A program made the position numbers and the translations under genes. A model generated the notes under the pieces. The model was not told the origin of the DNA. It was given only the letters and a program-made list of their open reading frames with translations, and did no database searches. Shown here piece by piece: positions 47,687 through 57,315 of a DNA stretch of 64,000 bases (the first letter of the stretch is position 1; the number at the start of each line of letters is the position of its first letter). The stretch comes from a bacterium (GTDB lineage Bacteria; Electryoneota; RPQS01): contig JABWCQ010000002.1 of assembly GCA_013360195.1 (NCBI GenBank), forward strand, positions 62,932-126,931, in the 5' to 3' direction.

Positions 47687-48670
47687 ATGGAGTATAAAAT
47701 GCGCTCCCCACACGTTTATCGTATCATCGTCGCACTGACAGTCCTGTCTATGATTCCCATTACCGGGTTTGCCGGGGATTTCGGTGTGTCACCACATCGT
47801 GCGCAATTCGCAGCGCCGGATTTCGGACAAGCTCCTGCTGAAGAGACATCACCACCAGACTTAGGTGGGAAGAAGAACGTCGGGCGCGCAGTCATGTTCA
47901 GCTTGATTGTGCCGGGTACCGGCCAACTTTATTCGGGATCTTGGCTTAGGGCACTTCCTTGGTTTGCCGTTGAAATTGCCGGTTGGGCATTATTCTCCCA
48001 GTACCACGCCAAGGGAACTGACAAGACGGATGAGTTTGAAGCTTTTGCAGGACCGTGGAAGAATAACGATCCATCAAACGGTAATTTCAATTATGACGCC
48101 TATATGGTGCGTGAGTACCAAGTAGCCTCCAATGAGACGTTTGCGCCAGTTCAATATGAAGGCAGTTTCGAAGATTGGTTGACCCTTGAGTGGGAAGATA
48201 GATCATCGCACCTTCCAGCGCCTTACACACACGATATTCAAACTGGAGATCGACAGCAGTATTATGAGATGATTGGCAAGTACTTCGAGCAATTTGGATT
48301 CGGATGGATTGACACGTATGACCGATCAGTTCCACTAAATGGCTCTACTCCTGAAAATATTTGGAGTGTTGGCGGCGACGACATTGCTACGGTCAAGTAT
48401 GATGGACAGAGTCAACTCTTTTTCACATACCGAGATATGCGAGGTGAGGCGAATGACCTTCTCGAAAAGGGCAATACTATGATGGAACTTGTCTTGGTTA
48501 ATCATGTGTTGTCAGCCCTCGATGCTGCGTTTGCAGCACGAAGCTACAATCGCAAGCAGGAATCCGCTGGACTGGGTTCAATGGACTTGAACTACCGAAT
48601 CAGAGCAGATAGGGAAGGCGATCTGACCAGAAGCCTCACTCTTAGCATGCCGCTTCCCAGGCTGAACTAA
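47687..48670 (+). CDS. secreted DUF5683-like protein
   Basis: Signal peptide 'MRSPHVYRIIVALTVLSMIPITGFA'; 'MFSLIVPGTGQLYSGSWLRALPWFAVEIAGW' motif, as in the Bacteroidetes DUF5683 '..LPGxGQxYN...' family. Confidence 0.4.
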   Translation: MEYKMRSPHVYRIIVALTVLSMIPITGFAGDFGVSPHRAQFAAPDFGQAPAEETSPPDLGGKKNVGRAVMFSLIVPGTGQLYSGSWLRALPWFAVEIAGWALFSQYHAKGTDKTDEFEAFAGPWKNNDPSNGNFNYDAYMVREYQVASNETFAPVQYEGSFEDWLTLEWEDRSSHLPAPYTHDIQTGDRQQYYEMIGKYFEQFGFGWIDTYDRSVPLNGSTPENIWSVGGDDIATVKYDGQSQLFFTYRDMRGEANDLLEKGNTMMELVLVNHVLSALDAAFAARSYNRKQESAGLGSMDLNYRIRADREGDLTRSLTLSMPLPRLN

Positions 48671-48701
48671 GAGTCTACTTCCACACCAAGAGGATAAGCA
48701 G

Positions 48702-49316
48702 ATGTATCGTACCATGGCCACTGTGCTATGCCTGTGCTCCGTTGCATTCGCGCGAGAGCCGGGGCAAGCGCTTTTTCTCAAGTCTCTGCTGATTCCGGGT
48801 TGGGGGCAATATGAAGCTGGAAGGACGGATCATGCGTTAGCATTCTTGGGTGTAGACTTGCTACTGATTGGTTCTGCACTGAGTCTCCATCATCATGGAA
48901 GTCAGCTCCGCGATGATTATAAAGCGTTTGCATCGACACACGCAAGAGTCCGTGGAGATCACAATCGCGAGTTCTACATAGACGTTGCAAATTGGATGAG
49001 CGTGTACGATTATAATGACCAACGAATGTCGGAACGCAACTTTGGTGCGGTTTATGACACTGATTCGCAATATTGGATGTGGGACTCGGAAGCGAGTAGA
49101 TCGTATATGGATGAACTTAGGCTCACGTCGGATCGCTCCCTGAATCGCGTGATCTATGCAGTTGCACTAATCGGAGTCAATCACATTGTGAGCGCATTTC
49201 ACGCCGGTCGCCTCCAGTCCAACGCTGCGAAATCTGAGACAGGTCATTTCGGATGGAACGCACACCCTGTGACGACGTCTGACGGAGGCAAGCTCCAGTT
49301 CCTACTTTGGTGGTAA
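48702..49316 (+). CDS. secreted DUF5683-like protein (paralog of the previous gene)
   Basis: Signal peptide 'MYRTMATVLCLCSVAFA'; 'FLKSLLIPGWGQYEAGRTDHALAFLGVDLLLIG' shares the PGxGQ(L/Y) + TM motif with the upstream gene. Confidence 0.4.
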   Translation: MYRTMATVLCLCSVAFAREPGQALFLKSLLIPGWGQYEAGRTDHALAFLGVDLLLIGSALSLHHHGSQLRDDYKAFASTHARVRGDHNREFYIDVANWMSVYDYNDQRMSERNFGAVYDTDSQYWMWDSEASRSYMDELRLTSDRSLNRVIYAVALIGVNHIVSAFHAGRLQSNAAKSETGHFGWNAHPVTTSDGGKLQFLLWW

Positions 49317-49325
49317 TTAATAGTT

Positions 49326-50231
49326 GTGCCTGAGCGAACTCTCATTACAGGTGCGTCAGGTCTGCTTGGATTCGCCCTTGCAACACATCTTGTCCATCGA
49401 GATTTCGATATTCTAGGTGTTTCGAGAACGCAATCATGTGTCGGTCACTTCCCGAATGTAAGACTAGATCTCACGCAATTTGACAAACTGCGTGATTTGG
49501 TTCATAACTTACGTCCAACTGTAATTGTGCATGCTGCGGCACTCTCAACGGTAATACCGTGCGAGAGGTCACCGGATGAAGCGTGGTTGCAGAATTACTC
49601 GGTCACGAAGCATTTAGCTGATGCCGCAAATCATGTCAGTGCACACCTCGTATTTATTTCGACCGACCAGGTTTTTGATGGACAGCAAGGATTGTACAAT
49701 GAGACTGCTCTGCCCCGGCCTACAAACGTCTACGGCAAGACAAAGCGTGCAGCTGAGGAAGCACTTTCTTCAATCTGTAAGCGATTTCTTATAATTCGCA
49801 GCAATAATATCGTTGGCAGAAACTTCGGCATGGGTTTGTCATTCACAGATAAGCTACTTGAAGTACTCCTGAGTGGCCGGCCTGTCACATTGTTTACGGA
49901 CCAGATCAGAAGTCCGATTCATCTAAGAGAGTGCGTGCACGCGATTGAGTGTTGCCTGCGAAACAGGGTGGAGGGCTACATTAATCTTGGGGGACATGAA
50001 GTCCAGAGTCGGTATGAAACCGGACTCGCGCTAGCACAAGCTTACAACATATCACAGGATCTGATACTACCCTGCACGATGAGCTCTCATCCAGACCGTG
50101 ATTTTTTGCACAGGGATGGTTCGTTTAACACGACTAAACTACGTTCACTATTTCCCAGTATTGCGGGTGAAACAGTTGTAGCTGGCTTCAGAAGAGACTT
50201 TATTGCAGACAGGAAGTTGAATCATGCATGA
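49326..50231 (+). CDS. NAD(P)-dependent sugar-nucleotide reductase, dTDP-4-dehydrorhamnose reductase (RmlD)-like
   Basis: 'LITGASGLLG' Rossmann, 'NVYGKTKRAAEE' YxxxK catalytic motif typical of RmlD. Confidence 0.65.
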   Translation: MPERTLITGASGLLGFALATHLVHRDFDILGVSRTQSCVGHFPNVRLDLTQFDKLRDLVHNLRPTVIVHAAALSTVIPCERSPDEAWLQNYSVTKHLADAANHVSAHLVFISTDQVFDGQQGLYNETALPRPTNVYGKTKRAAEEALSSICKRFLIIRSNNIVGRNFGMGLSFTDKLLEVLLSGRPVTLFTDQIRSPIHLRECVHAIECCLRNRVEGYINLGGHEVQSRYETGLALAQAYNISQDLILPCTMSSHPDRDFLHRDGSFNTTKLRSLFPSIAGETVVAGFRRDFIADRKLNHA

Positions 50232-50628
50232 ACCTTTGCTTACTGTGTTTGCCAAGGATACGTTAATACCTGATGGTCTAATTGACATTGCTCGCGAGAG
50301 AAAGTGGGAATCTGCTGTTTGCAGTGGGATTGGCGGGGTATGCGAAGTTGAATTGGCCTACTTTGATAGCATAACAAAGGAGTATCAAAGTTTTTGGATA
50401 CCAGAGATAGTTGAACTTGTTAGTCTTAATGGCAATCTAACATGGTTGGAAGACAAACCCTTCTGGCATCTGCATGCATTGGTAGCAGACAGGGAAGGGA
50501 AGACAAGTGGCGGTCATGTTCTCAAATGCAAAGTTGCCTTGACACTTGAATTGGCGATTTGGCCACTTTCTTCAAGATTCGAAAGGAAACATGACGAAAT
50601 TTCCGGATTGAATTTGATTCATGCGTGA
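50224..50628 (+). CDS. PPC/DUF296-domain protein
   Basis: 134 aa; 'SGIGGVCEVELAYFD...FWHLHALVADREGKTSGGHVLKCKVALTLE' matches the PPC (plants and prokaryotes conserved) domain; ATGA-type overlaps on both sides. Confidence 0.55.
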   Translation: MHEPLLTVFAKDTLIPDGLIDIARERKWESAVCSGIGGVCEVELAYFDSITKEYQSFWIPEIVELVSLNGNLTWLEDKPFWHLHALVADREGKTSGGHVLKCKVALTLELAIWPLSSRFERKHDEISGLNLIHA

Positions 50629-51271
50629 CGATATCTATAATCGACGTTACTTCATTGCTATCGCCGGCAACATAGGTGCAGGAAAGACCACGCTGGCACA
50701 GAAGCTCGCTCTGCAACTTGGTTGGAAATGCTACCTTGAGCCAGTAATTGATAATCCATACCTTCCGGATTTCTATGCAGATATGAGCAAGTGGTCGTTT
50801 CATCTCCAGGTGTATTTCCTTAGCAAGCGCTTTCAGAATCAGCTTGAAATCGAAAGAGATGAGCGCTCATGCGTTCAGGACAGGACAATCTACGAGGATG
50901 CCAGGATCTTTGCAAATACGTTGCATCGACGTGGATTAATGAGCCGAAGGGATTGGGAAAACTATCAATCCCTTTTTTCCTCTATGGTAAGCAACTTGAA
51001 GAAACCTGATTTGGTGATTTACCTTCATTCAGATATTGAAAACCTAATGCAGAGGATTCATCAACGTGCTCGATACTTTGAAAAGTCAATAGATATCGAG
51101 TATCTTACTGAATTGAATCAGGCCTATACATTGTGGAAGGACGAGCCACAGGACCATTTACTGATACGCACGATTGACACTTCCAATGGTATCTCTGAGA
51201 ACGAGGTCCTTGCGATTGCACTACAATTGTTGAGGCAGAACTTACAAATTGAGTTACCCTTTCCATGTTGA
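50621..51271 (+). CDS. deoxynucleoside kinase (dAK/dGK/dCK family)
   Basis: P-loop 'IAGNIGAGKTTLAQ', 'YLEPVIDNPYLPDFY', 'FHLQVYFLSKRF', 'ERSCVQDRTIYED' (DRS/ERS motif). Confidence 0.85.
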   Translation: MRDDIYNRRYFIAIAGNIGAGKTTLAQKLALQLGWKCYLEPVIDNPYLPDFYADMSKWSFHLQVYFLSKRFQNQLEIERDERSCVQDRTIYEDARIFANTLHRRGLMSRRDWENYQSLFSSMVSNLKKPDLVIYLHSDIENLMQRIHQRARYFEKSIDIEYLTELNQAYTLWKDEPQDHLLIRTIDTSNGISENEVLAIALQLLRQNLQIELPFPC

Positions 51272-52089
51272 ATATTGGTTCATTTTTGTCAGAGACTCGG
51301 CCACCCGTTACAGAAGCGACTGTAGTCGCAGCAGTCCTTGCCGTTCCAATCATCACGCTACTGCACGGTATTCCAGCTTTGAAAAGCGTCAGTACGCTGA
51401 CTCTTGGATTGTCAATGGTTGCCTGGGCTTCGGCTTTTGTTGGTTGGAGGCTGACTCTAACGCGGGAACAGAGTAATAGTAATCGCGCGATCGTGCTCTG
51501 GTCGATCTCTATACTCTCTGCAATAGTAGTATTGGCCTACTCAAGCAAACTAAGTCCTCTTAGTGCAGCAGGTGTTGCATTATTACCTCTTTTGCTATTT
51601 GTGCGCAAGCGGCTAGTCGCCATGTCACATACTGCCAGGCAGATACTGATTCCTCTGACGTTCGGATCTGCTTTCATATACGCATCAGCTTCTCTTGGTG
51701 TAATTCAAGTAGGCGCATTCCCTGCAGTTATCGGAGCTTTGTTCGTGGCAGTTTTGCGATCTACATTGGACATTGAAGAAGACATTTTTGAGAATCACGC
51801 GTCAGCCAATGAAATCGAAGTAGAGCACCACTACCGACACAAGTTGGCGCTTACTGCATTGATTCTCTTTCTTTTTGGAACTGTTAGCTTGTGGCCATGG
51901 CTGGGAGAACTCTATGGCAAGGCATACTTCTGGATACTAATACTTGGAGTATTGATACCGCTGGCCTTCTTTTGGGGACGAATCAGGCAGCCAAAGATGG
52001 AGGGCGCCCGCGTTGCCCTTATAAGATTCAATCGTATAGCGCCAGTACTTGGCCTGATACATGTCTTGGCATTTCTAACAGCCCATTAG
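51265..52089 (+). CDS. polytopic membrane protein, weak UbiA-prenyltransferase-like features
   Basis: ~8 TM helices; a single Asp/Glu-rich loop 'DIEEDIFEN' reminiscent of the second UbiA motif; the first NDxxDxxxD motif was not found. Confidence 0.3.
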   Translation: MLNIGSFLSETRPPVTEATVVAAVLAVPIITLLHGIPALKSVSTLTLGLSMVAWASAFVGWRLTLTREQSNSNRAIVLWSISILSAIVVLAYSSKLSPLSAAGVALLPLLLFVRKRLVAMSHTARQILIPLTFGSAFIYASASLGVIQVGAFPAVIGALFVAVLRSTLDIEEDIFENHASANEIEVEHHYRHKLALTALILFLFGTVSLWPWLGELYGKAYFWILILGVLIPLAFFWGRIRQPKMEGARVALIRFNRIAPVLGLIHVLAFLTAH

Positions 52090-52090
52090 A

Positions 52091-52688
52091 TTTGATCGTC
52101 AGGCTCACGCTAGTTTCATCATCTCCCCGCCGCATTTCCCTGCTCAAACGACTGGAGATTCCTTTCGATGTCGCTCCCGTACAAGTGCATGAGCGGTGGG
52201 ACGCGACCTCGACCGTAATACTCGCGCAACAGAATGCGATGCGAAAAGTTCATGCATCCGAGCACTTTGGTGCAAGTCGGCGAATGCTGTTGGGTGCGGA
52301 CACGGTCATTCATCACGATGGAGTCGTACTTGGCAAACCAGCCGGTCGTGAAAGTGCCAGACGCATGCTAAGTAGACTTTCTGGAAATTGTCACGAAGTT
52401 GTCACCGGATACTGCATCATGACCTTCAGTGAAGATGGGGCGATAAAAGACACGTGCGTCGATGCATCAAGTAGCTACGTAACGTTCGACCGCCTCTCAA
52501 AATCAGTGTTGACAGAGTATTTGGATTCGAATGAGTGGGTTGGCAAGGCCGGAGCTTATGCGATACAAGGGAAGGCCGGCGCGTTTGTAACTACTCTTAA
52601 AGGCGACTTTGACAACGTCGTCGGATTACCAGTGGAATCAATTCGTAATAAGTTTGGAACAGTCTTCTCAAATTATCAGTTTCTGTGA
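52091..52688 (+). CDS. maf: Maf-like nucleoside triphosphate pyrophosphatase
   Basis: 'LTLVSSSPRRISLLKRL', 'GADTVI', 'GKP', 'VGKAGAYAIQG'; start set at TTG 52091 just after the upstream stop (the ORF-track extension 51891 lies inside the previous gene). Confidence 0.8.
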
Positions 52689-53517
52689 AGAGCTAAGAAA
52701 GGCCAGGGAATTCCAGGGCCTTTCGCTGGCCGATGTTGCGAATGAGACTCGAATTCCTCTCGAGTATTTGTCTGCACTTGAGTCTGGTCAACTCAGCATA
52801 ATACCTGAACCCATACAGCGGGGCGTGATCTCCGCTTATGCCAAGTCCGCTCGGATGAACTCCGAGAAAGTTCTGCATTCGCTTGACGTGTTGAAAGGTG
52901 GGAAGTCTGTTTCGGACGCACGATTATCTGCATCCGACAGGCTATCTGATGAGTCGCTCACAGTCGGAATGACTAGGGCACAGATTCAAACTGCATGGTT
53001 TGCCTCAATTGCGGAAAACCGGCTCCTTCACTGGGTTCTCACTCTTTTGTTGCTTATTGTAGGAGTATGGATGACGGCGCAATGGCGTACTGACAGTAGT
53101 GGTTCTGCAACCGATCCGGTTACGGGCTTGTCCTCCAGTTTGCCAGTGTCCTCTTTTCGACCGACTCCAGTCCGAGAGATTCGAGAAATGATGCCTGATT
53201 CAATCAGGTTCATTGTGAGCTTTCCATTACAGGTGAGCGAGTTTAGCGCACTTGACACGGCTCAATTCCAACTCTGGTGGGGTATCCAGGAGGATAGTTC
53301 ATACTTCATGTATCCACATGATAAAATAGAATTTATGCATTATAGCGGGTTGCGCATAAGTTCAAACAGTGGTGCCAAAGGTCTGATGGTCAGTGGTGAA
53401 GACACTTTTACAACACATTTTGGCAAGGATTCCCTGAACACATGGCTACAATTCCCGGATAGGACTGCCGCTGACGACGCACTTCTGGCGGAACCCGGAG
53501 ATTCGATTACAGGTTGA
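52609..53517 (+). CDS. HTH (XRE-like) + single-TM protein, RodZ-like
   Basis: 'EELRKAREFQGLSLADVANETRIPLEYLSALESG' helix-turn-helix; TM segment 'LLHWVLTLLLLIVGVWMTAQW'; Ser/Pro-rich periplasmic tail; downstream of maf; start uncertain, since the ATG overlaps maf by 80 nt. Confidence 0.45.
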   Translation: MTTSSDYQWNQFVISLEQSSQIISFCEELRKAREFQGLSLADVANETRIPLEYLSALESGQLSIIPEPIQRGVISAYAKSARMNSEKVLHSLDVLKGGKSVSDARLSASDRLSDESLTVGMTRAQIQTAWFASIAENRLLHWVLTLLLLIVGVWMTAQWRTDSSGSATDPVTGLSSSLPVSSFRPTPVREIREMMPDSIRFIVSFPLQVSEFSALDTAQFQLWWGIQEDSSYFMYPHDKIEFMHYSGLRISSNSGAKGLMVSGEDTFTTHFGKDSLNTWLQFPDRTAADDALLAEPGDSITG

Positions 53518-53596
53518 CAACTCCCGAACTCATTGTTATATTATGTTTTTGCCCCTTCCCCAAAAGGACCTGAGCTGATAAGTTTGTTTCGCACCA

Positions 53597-54790
53597 ATGG
53601 TCTTCCTCATCTTCGCGTTTGTCACCCTTCTTTTCTACGCCTACTTTGAGTACTCAAGTCATCGAAGCAGGGCCAGGCGTATTCCCATCAGAATCCATGT
53701 AAATGGCACTCGAGGTAAGTCATCTGTCACTCGATTGATCGCAGCTGGTCTGCGAGCCGGGGGAATTCGCACGATGGCCAAGACCACCGGTACGCTTCCT
53801 CGAATAATCGACGTTGACGGACTTGAAATCCCAATCAAGCGCAAAGCCGGCGCAAACATAATTGAACAGACAAAGGTATTCAAGTACTTCGCGACAAGAG
53901 ACCCCGAGGCCATTGTGATCGAATGCATGGCAGTTAACCCCGAGTACCAATGGATTTGCGAGCACAAGTTTGTTAACGCGACAGTCGGAGTCATCACGAA
54001 TACAAGACTTGATCATATTCTTGAAATGGGGCCAACACTTGAAAACGTGACCCGGTCCCTGTGTAACACATTGCCTCATGATGGGGTGGCGTTTACGGCG
54101 GAGCAGAATATGTTCTGGATGATGCGGAAAGAAGCCGAGCAGGTAGGCTGCAAACTGCTTCGAGTTAATGCGGACAGCGTTTCTTATCTTGAACTTGGCC
54201 AATTCACTTACATTGAGCATGCGGATAATGTTGCGCTTGCGCTGGCTGTTTGTGAACATTATCAAGTCCCAAGAGAAGTCGCGTTAGAAGGAATGTACAG
54301 TGCCTTTCCGGATCCAGGAGCTTTACGAGTCATCGAAGCTGAGGAGAATGGCAGAGTTGCACAATTCATTAATGCCTTGGCGGCAAATGATCCAATGTCA
54401 ACACTTGCGATTTGGCAGAAAGTGAAAACGCTGTCAACAGATCTAGGGGTAGTCTGCTTTCTTCTAAACACGCGAGCAGATAGGTACGATCGTACAATAC
54501 AATTGCTCGAAATGGTTCGCGACAATCTGACATCAGAGTTCAACTACTTCTTTCTCAACGGAGAAAACTTGGAGAGAGTTTATAATAGCCTGCCCGAATA
54601 TGGTATCGATCAATCACGAGCAGTGAAGATTGGTATGGCCGCTCCAAAGGCAACCTATGATGCAATCTTTGAGCGGATCCCAGACATAGGGACAGTATTT
54701 GCGATGGGTAATGTTGGAAAAGGCGGACTTGACATTGCAACTTTCTTTGGACAACGCAGAAGAGTTCGCAAAGGTGTAGTTGCAGCCTGA
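53597..54790 (+). CDS. pgsB: poly-gamma-glutamate synthase, ligase subunit PgsB/CapB
   Basis: N-terminal TM; 'IRIHVNGTRGKSSVTRL', 'VIECMAVNPEYQ', 'DHILEMGPTLE', 'DPGALRV' closely match B. subtilis PgsB. Confidence 0.9.
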   Translation: MVFLIFAFVTLLFYAYFEYSSHRSRARRIPIRIHVNGTRGKSSVTRLIAAGLRAGGIRTMAKTTGTLPRIIDVDGLEIPIKRKAGANIIEQTKVFKYFATRDPEAIVIECMAVNPEYQWICEHKFVNATVGVITNTRLDHILEMGPTLENVTRSLCNTLPHDGVAFTAEQNMFWMMRKEAEQVGCKLLRVNADSVSYLELGQFTYIEHADNVALALAVCEHYQVPREVALEGMYSAFPDPGALRVIEAEENGRVAQFINALAANDPMSTLAIWQKVKTLSTDLGVVCFLLNTRADRYDRTIQLLEMVRDNLTSEFNYFFLNGENLERVYNSLPEYGIDQSRAVKIGMAAPKATYDAIFERIPDIGTVFAMGNVGKGGLDIATFFGQRRRVRKGVVAA

Positions 54791-54819
54791 TTTAGAAAGC
54801 TCAGTGTACACAGATACAA

Positions 54820-55275
54820 ATGATTGAACTGACTATTGGACTTGGGGTACTCGTAAGCCTCTTGTTTCACGAAATTGTTGGCGCAGCAGCCGGTGGGATC
54901 GTGGTTCCTGGCTACCTTGCGATGCACCTGAACAGTCCCGCAAAACTCATCGGCACATTTGCAGTGGCTTTCATTGCATACTTGTGTATAAGAGTTGTTT
55001 CACGCTTCATGTTTGTATATGGTCGCCGACGTATGGTTTTGGCCATCATGTTTGGCTTTATTTTCGGCTACATTAGCCGGAACTTGATTATGAGCGATAT
55101 GTGGATATCTGACCTGCGACTGGAGGCAATAGGTTTTATCATTCCCGGCCTGATAGCAAATTGGTTTGAGCGTCAAGGCGTGATCAAGACGCTCGCAACA
55201 ATGTTGATTGCCGCGCCACTTGTAAAGTTACTTGTCATGGTAATCACGGGAGGTGAGATCTATCATGGCATTTAG
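54820..55275 (+). CDS. pgsC: poly-gamma-glutamate synthase membrane subunit PgsC/CapC
   Basis: 151 aa; 'GIVVPGYLAMHL', 'YGRRRMVLAIMFGF', 'GFIIPGLIANWFERQG' match PgsC. Confidence 0.9.
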   Translation: MIELTIGLGVLVSLLFHEIVGAAAGGIVVPGYLAMHLNSPAKLIGTFAVAFIAYLCIRVVSRFMFVYGRRRMVLAIMFGFIFGYISRNLIMSDMWISDLRLEAIGFIIPGLIANWFERQGVIKTLATMLIAAPLVKLLVMVITGGEIYHGI

Positions 55276-56386
55276 ACCCAGCCTTCGTTCAATTTGGACG
55301 CTTGTCGCAATGTCCGTTGTGTGTTATGGCTTGTATCTTTGGGCCGAGTACAGCAGGATTGAAGTCAAACGTGCAAACCATGAGTTAAAACTTGTTGCGG
55401 CGAATAGAATGAGTAACGCTCTTCGTGAACTTGCTAGTCGCCAGTTTAGTGGAAGCGAAAGTCTCGAGTCGTACGGTGATCCCCGTGTTGATGCATTGAT
55501 AGGACAGCAATTCTCGACTATCACCTCAGATATAGGTAGCTTTGAGGAAAAGCTGTATGGCGCAAACCCCAACTTGGCCGCGGCTGTTATTGAGCTCCTG
55601 CTTGATGCCGGGCTGAAATCCGGGGACAAAGTAGCCATCGCACTCTCAGGCTCTACACCGGGTGCTAACATCAGCGTCCTGTGTGCTTGCAATGCCTTAG
55701 GCGTGGATGCATATACTTTATCTTCGCTTAGTTCGACATGGTGGGGCGCAACGGATCCCCGCAATACATGGGCAGATATGCAGTCCTTTCTTATAGATAA
55801 GGGAATAGTGAATTGCACAGTAGTTGGGTATTCTCTCGGTGGAATCGACGATAATGCACTTGGAATGTCGAGCCTTGGCCGCACTGAGTTAATTGAGGCA
55901 GTGGGCCGAAACAAGGCGAGGCTGATTGAAGCCACATCACTTAGTGAGTCTTCAAGAGAATGGTGGAAAGCGTTTAGGGCTTCACTTAACGGTCAAGTTC
56001 CTTCCGCCTATATTAACGTTGGTGACGGTTTAGCTAGCTTAGGGCACAAAGAGAATGGACAGTTACTCGGCAATGGAGTACACCGTCGATTGCCCGCTCG
56101 AAATTGGCCTGGAAATGGAGTCGTTCACATTGCAGCAAAAGAAAATGTGCCAATCATTAATTTCTACTCTTCGACAGAGCTGTCAAAGGAATATGGCTTG
56201 GGATCCCCACGACTTCCTTTGACCGAGCCTGGAATTGGCGATGTGTTCGTGACCATAAAGTATGATCTGCGAGTTGCGATTGCCGCTCTTGTGATTACGC
56301 TGGCAGCACTCTTCACTCTTGTTTGGTTTGATTCTAAGTACTTCCGGCTTGCCGATGCCGGTGTTGACCCGGAAACACTCTTATAA
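55253..56386 (+). CDS. membrane-anchored poly-gamma-glutamate (PGA)-locus protein replacing canonical PgsA/CapA (possible 'poly-gamma-glutamate system protein' family)
   Basis: N-terminal TM 'IWTLVAMSVVCYGLYLW', C-terminal TM 'VAIAALVITLAALFTLVW'; no CapA metallophosphatase GDxM/H motifs; sits in the PgsA slot directly after pgsC with 23-nt overlap. Confidence 0.4.
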   Translation: MRSIMAFRPSLRSIWTLVAMSVVCYGLYLWAEYSRIEVKRANHELKLVAANRMSNALRELASRQFSGSESLESYGDPRVDALIGQQFSTITSDIGSFEEKLYGANPNLAAAVIELLLDAGLKSGDKVAIALSGSTPGANISVLCACNALGVDAYTLSSLSSTWWGATDPRNTWADMQSFLIDKGIVNCTVVGYSLGGIDDNALGMSSLGRTELIEAVGRNKARLIEATSLSESSREWWKAFRASLNGQVPSAYINVGDGLASLGHKENGQLLGNGVHRRLPARNWPGNGVVHIAAKENVPIINFYSSTELSKEYGLGSPRLPLTEPGIGDVFVTIKYDLRVAIAALVITLAALFTLVWFDSKYFRLADAGVDPETLL

Positions 56387-56409
56387 TTCGCGCATCAGTA
56401 AAATCAATC

Positions 56410-57315
56410 ATGACTAGAACTACCTACCTTATACTTCTTTTGACGTGTTTCGCTGCTTCGCATATTGCGTTTGCCGAGGACGGGTTTGTGTATCTCAAAC
56501 CATCCACTTTTGACCAAAGTACAAAACTTACAGTTGCGGGTAAGTCACGAACCTACTTTGTCATTGAACGCGATGCGCAAGTTAGCGCAATTGTTGAGGG
56601 GCCGTCACAGTTAAAAGTCATGTCTCGCCTTGAGTTGCCGAATCCCACTGCACAGCCGGACTATACACTCGAAGTTCAGATTGAAGGAAGCAAAAGGCCG
56701 CGCACAATTCATCACACAAGTAAAATTTCCGAAAAAGCCGAGAGTGGTGCTTCTTTTGTAGGCGTGTTGCGTTCAAAGGTAATTGATATACCTGCGGGAA
56801 AACACAATGTAATTATCAAGCTTCCCGAAGGATCTTCAGACAAGGTCTACATCAGATTGTCCCTCAAGACTAATGAATTCACGGGCGGAACCGCCGTTGT
56901 TGCAATGACTCCCTTTGAGTATACAAGTGAAGTAGAGCTTGTCTCAGATGAGGTAATATACCCTTACTACAGAATAGGGTCAAACGATCGCGCCGTGCTG
57001 AAGCTGGTAGGGCCTGCAACTCTGAAGGTTCTAAGTAGAATTGAGTTCAGTCCGGAAATGAAAGGAAGCCAAAAATGGAAAGTTCAAGTTCTTGAAGATG
57101 GGAGGGTGAAGAAGAACTACAGCATGACAGCCGGGTCTTCGGACGTTATTCAATACAAGAATCCTTCGCCCTTCTTGCCGAGCCGGGCTGAGACATTCTT
57201 CGTCGAAATACCAGACGGAGAGCATATTTACGAGTTTAGGATGGTCGACGATCGTCGGACTTCGATTCTCCGTTTCTTGTTACCGAAAACAGAACTTGAA
57301 GGCGAACCACGGTAG
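56410..57315 (+). CDS. secreted protein with an internally duplicated ~140-aa domain
   Basis: Signal peptide 'MTRTTYLILLLTCFAASHIAFA'; internal repeat 'AQVSAIVEGPSQLKVMSRLELP' vs 'AVLKLVGPATLKVLSRIEFSP'. Confidence 0.4.
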   Translation: MTRTTYLILLLTCFAASHIAFAEDGFVYLKPSTFDQSTKLTVAGKSRTYFVIERDAQVSAIVEGPSQLKVMSRLELPNPTAQPDYTLEVQIEGSKRPRTIHHTSKISEKAESGASFVGVLRSKVIDIPAGKHNVIIKLPEGSSDKVYIRLSLKTNEFTGGTAVVAMTPFEYTSEVELVSDEVIYPYYRIGSNDRAVLKLVGPATLKVLSRIEFSPEMKGSQKWKVQVLEDGRVKKNYSMTAGSSDVIQYKNPSPFLPSRAETFFVEIPDGEHIYEFRMVDDRRTSILRFLLPKTELEGEPR

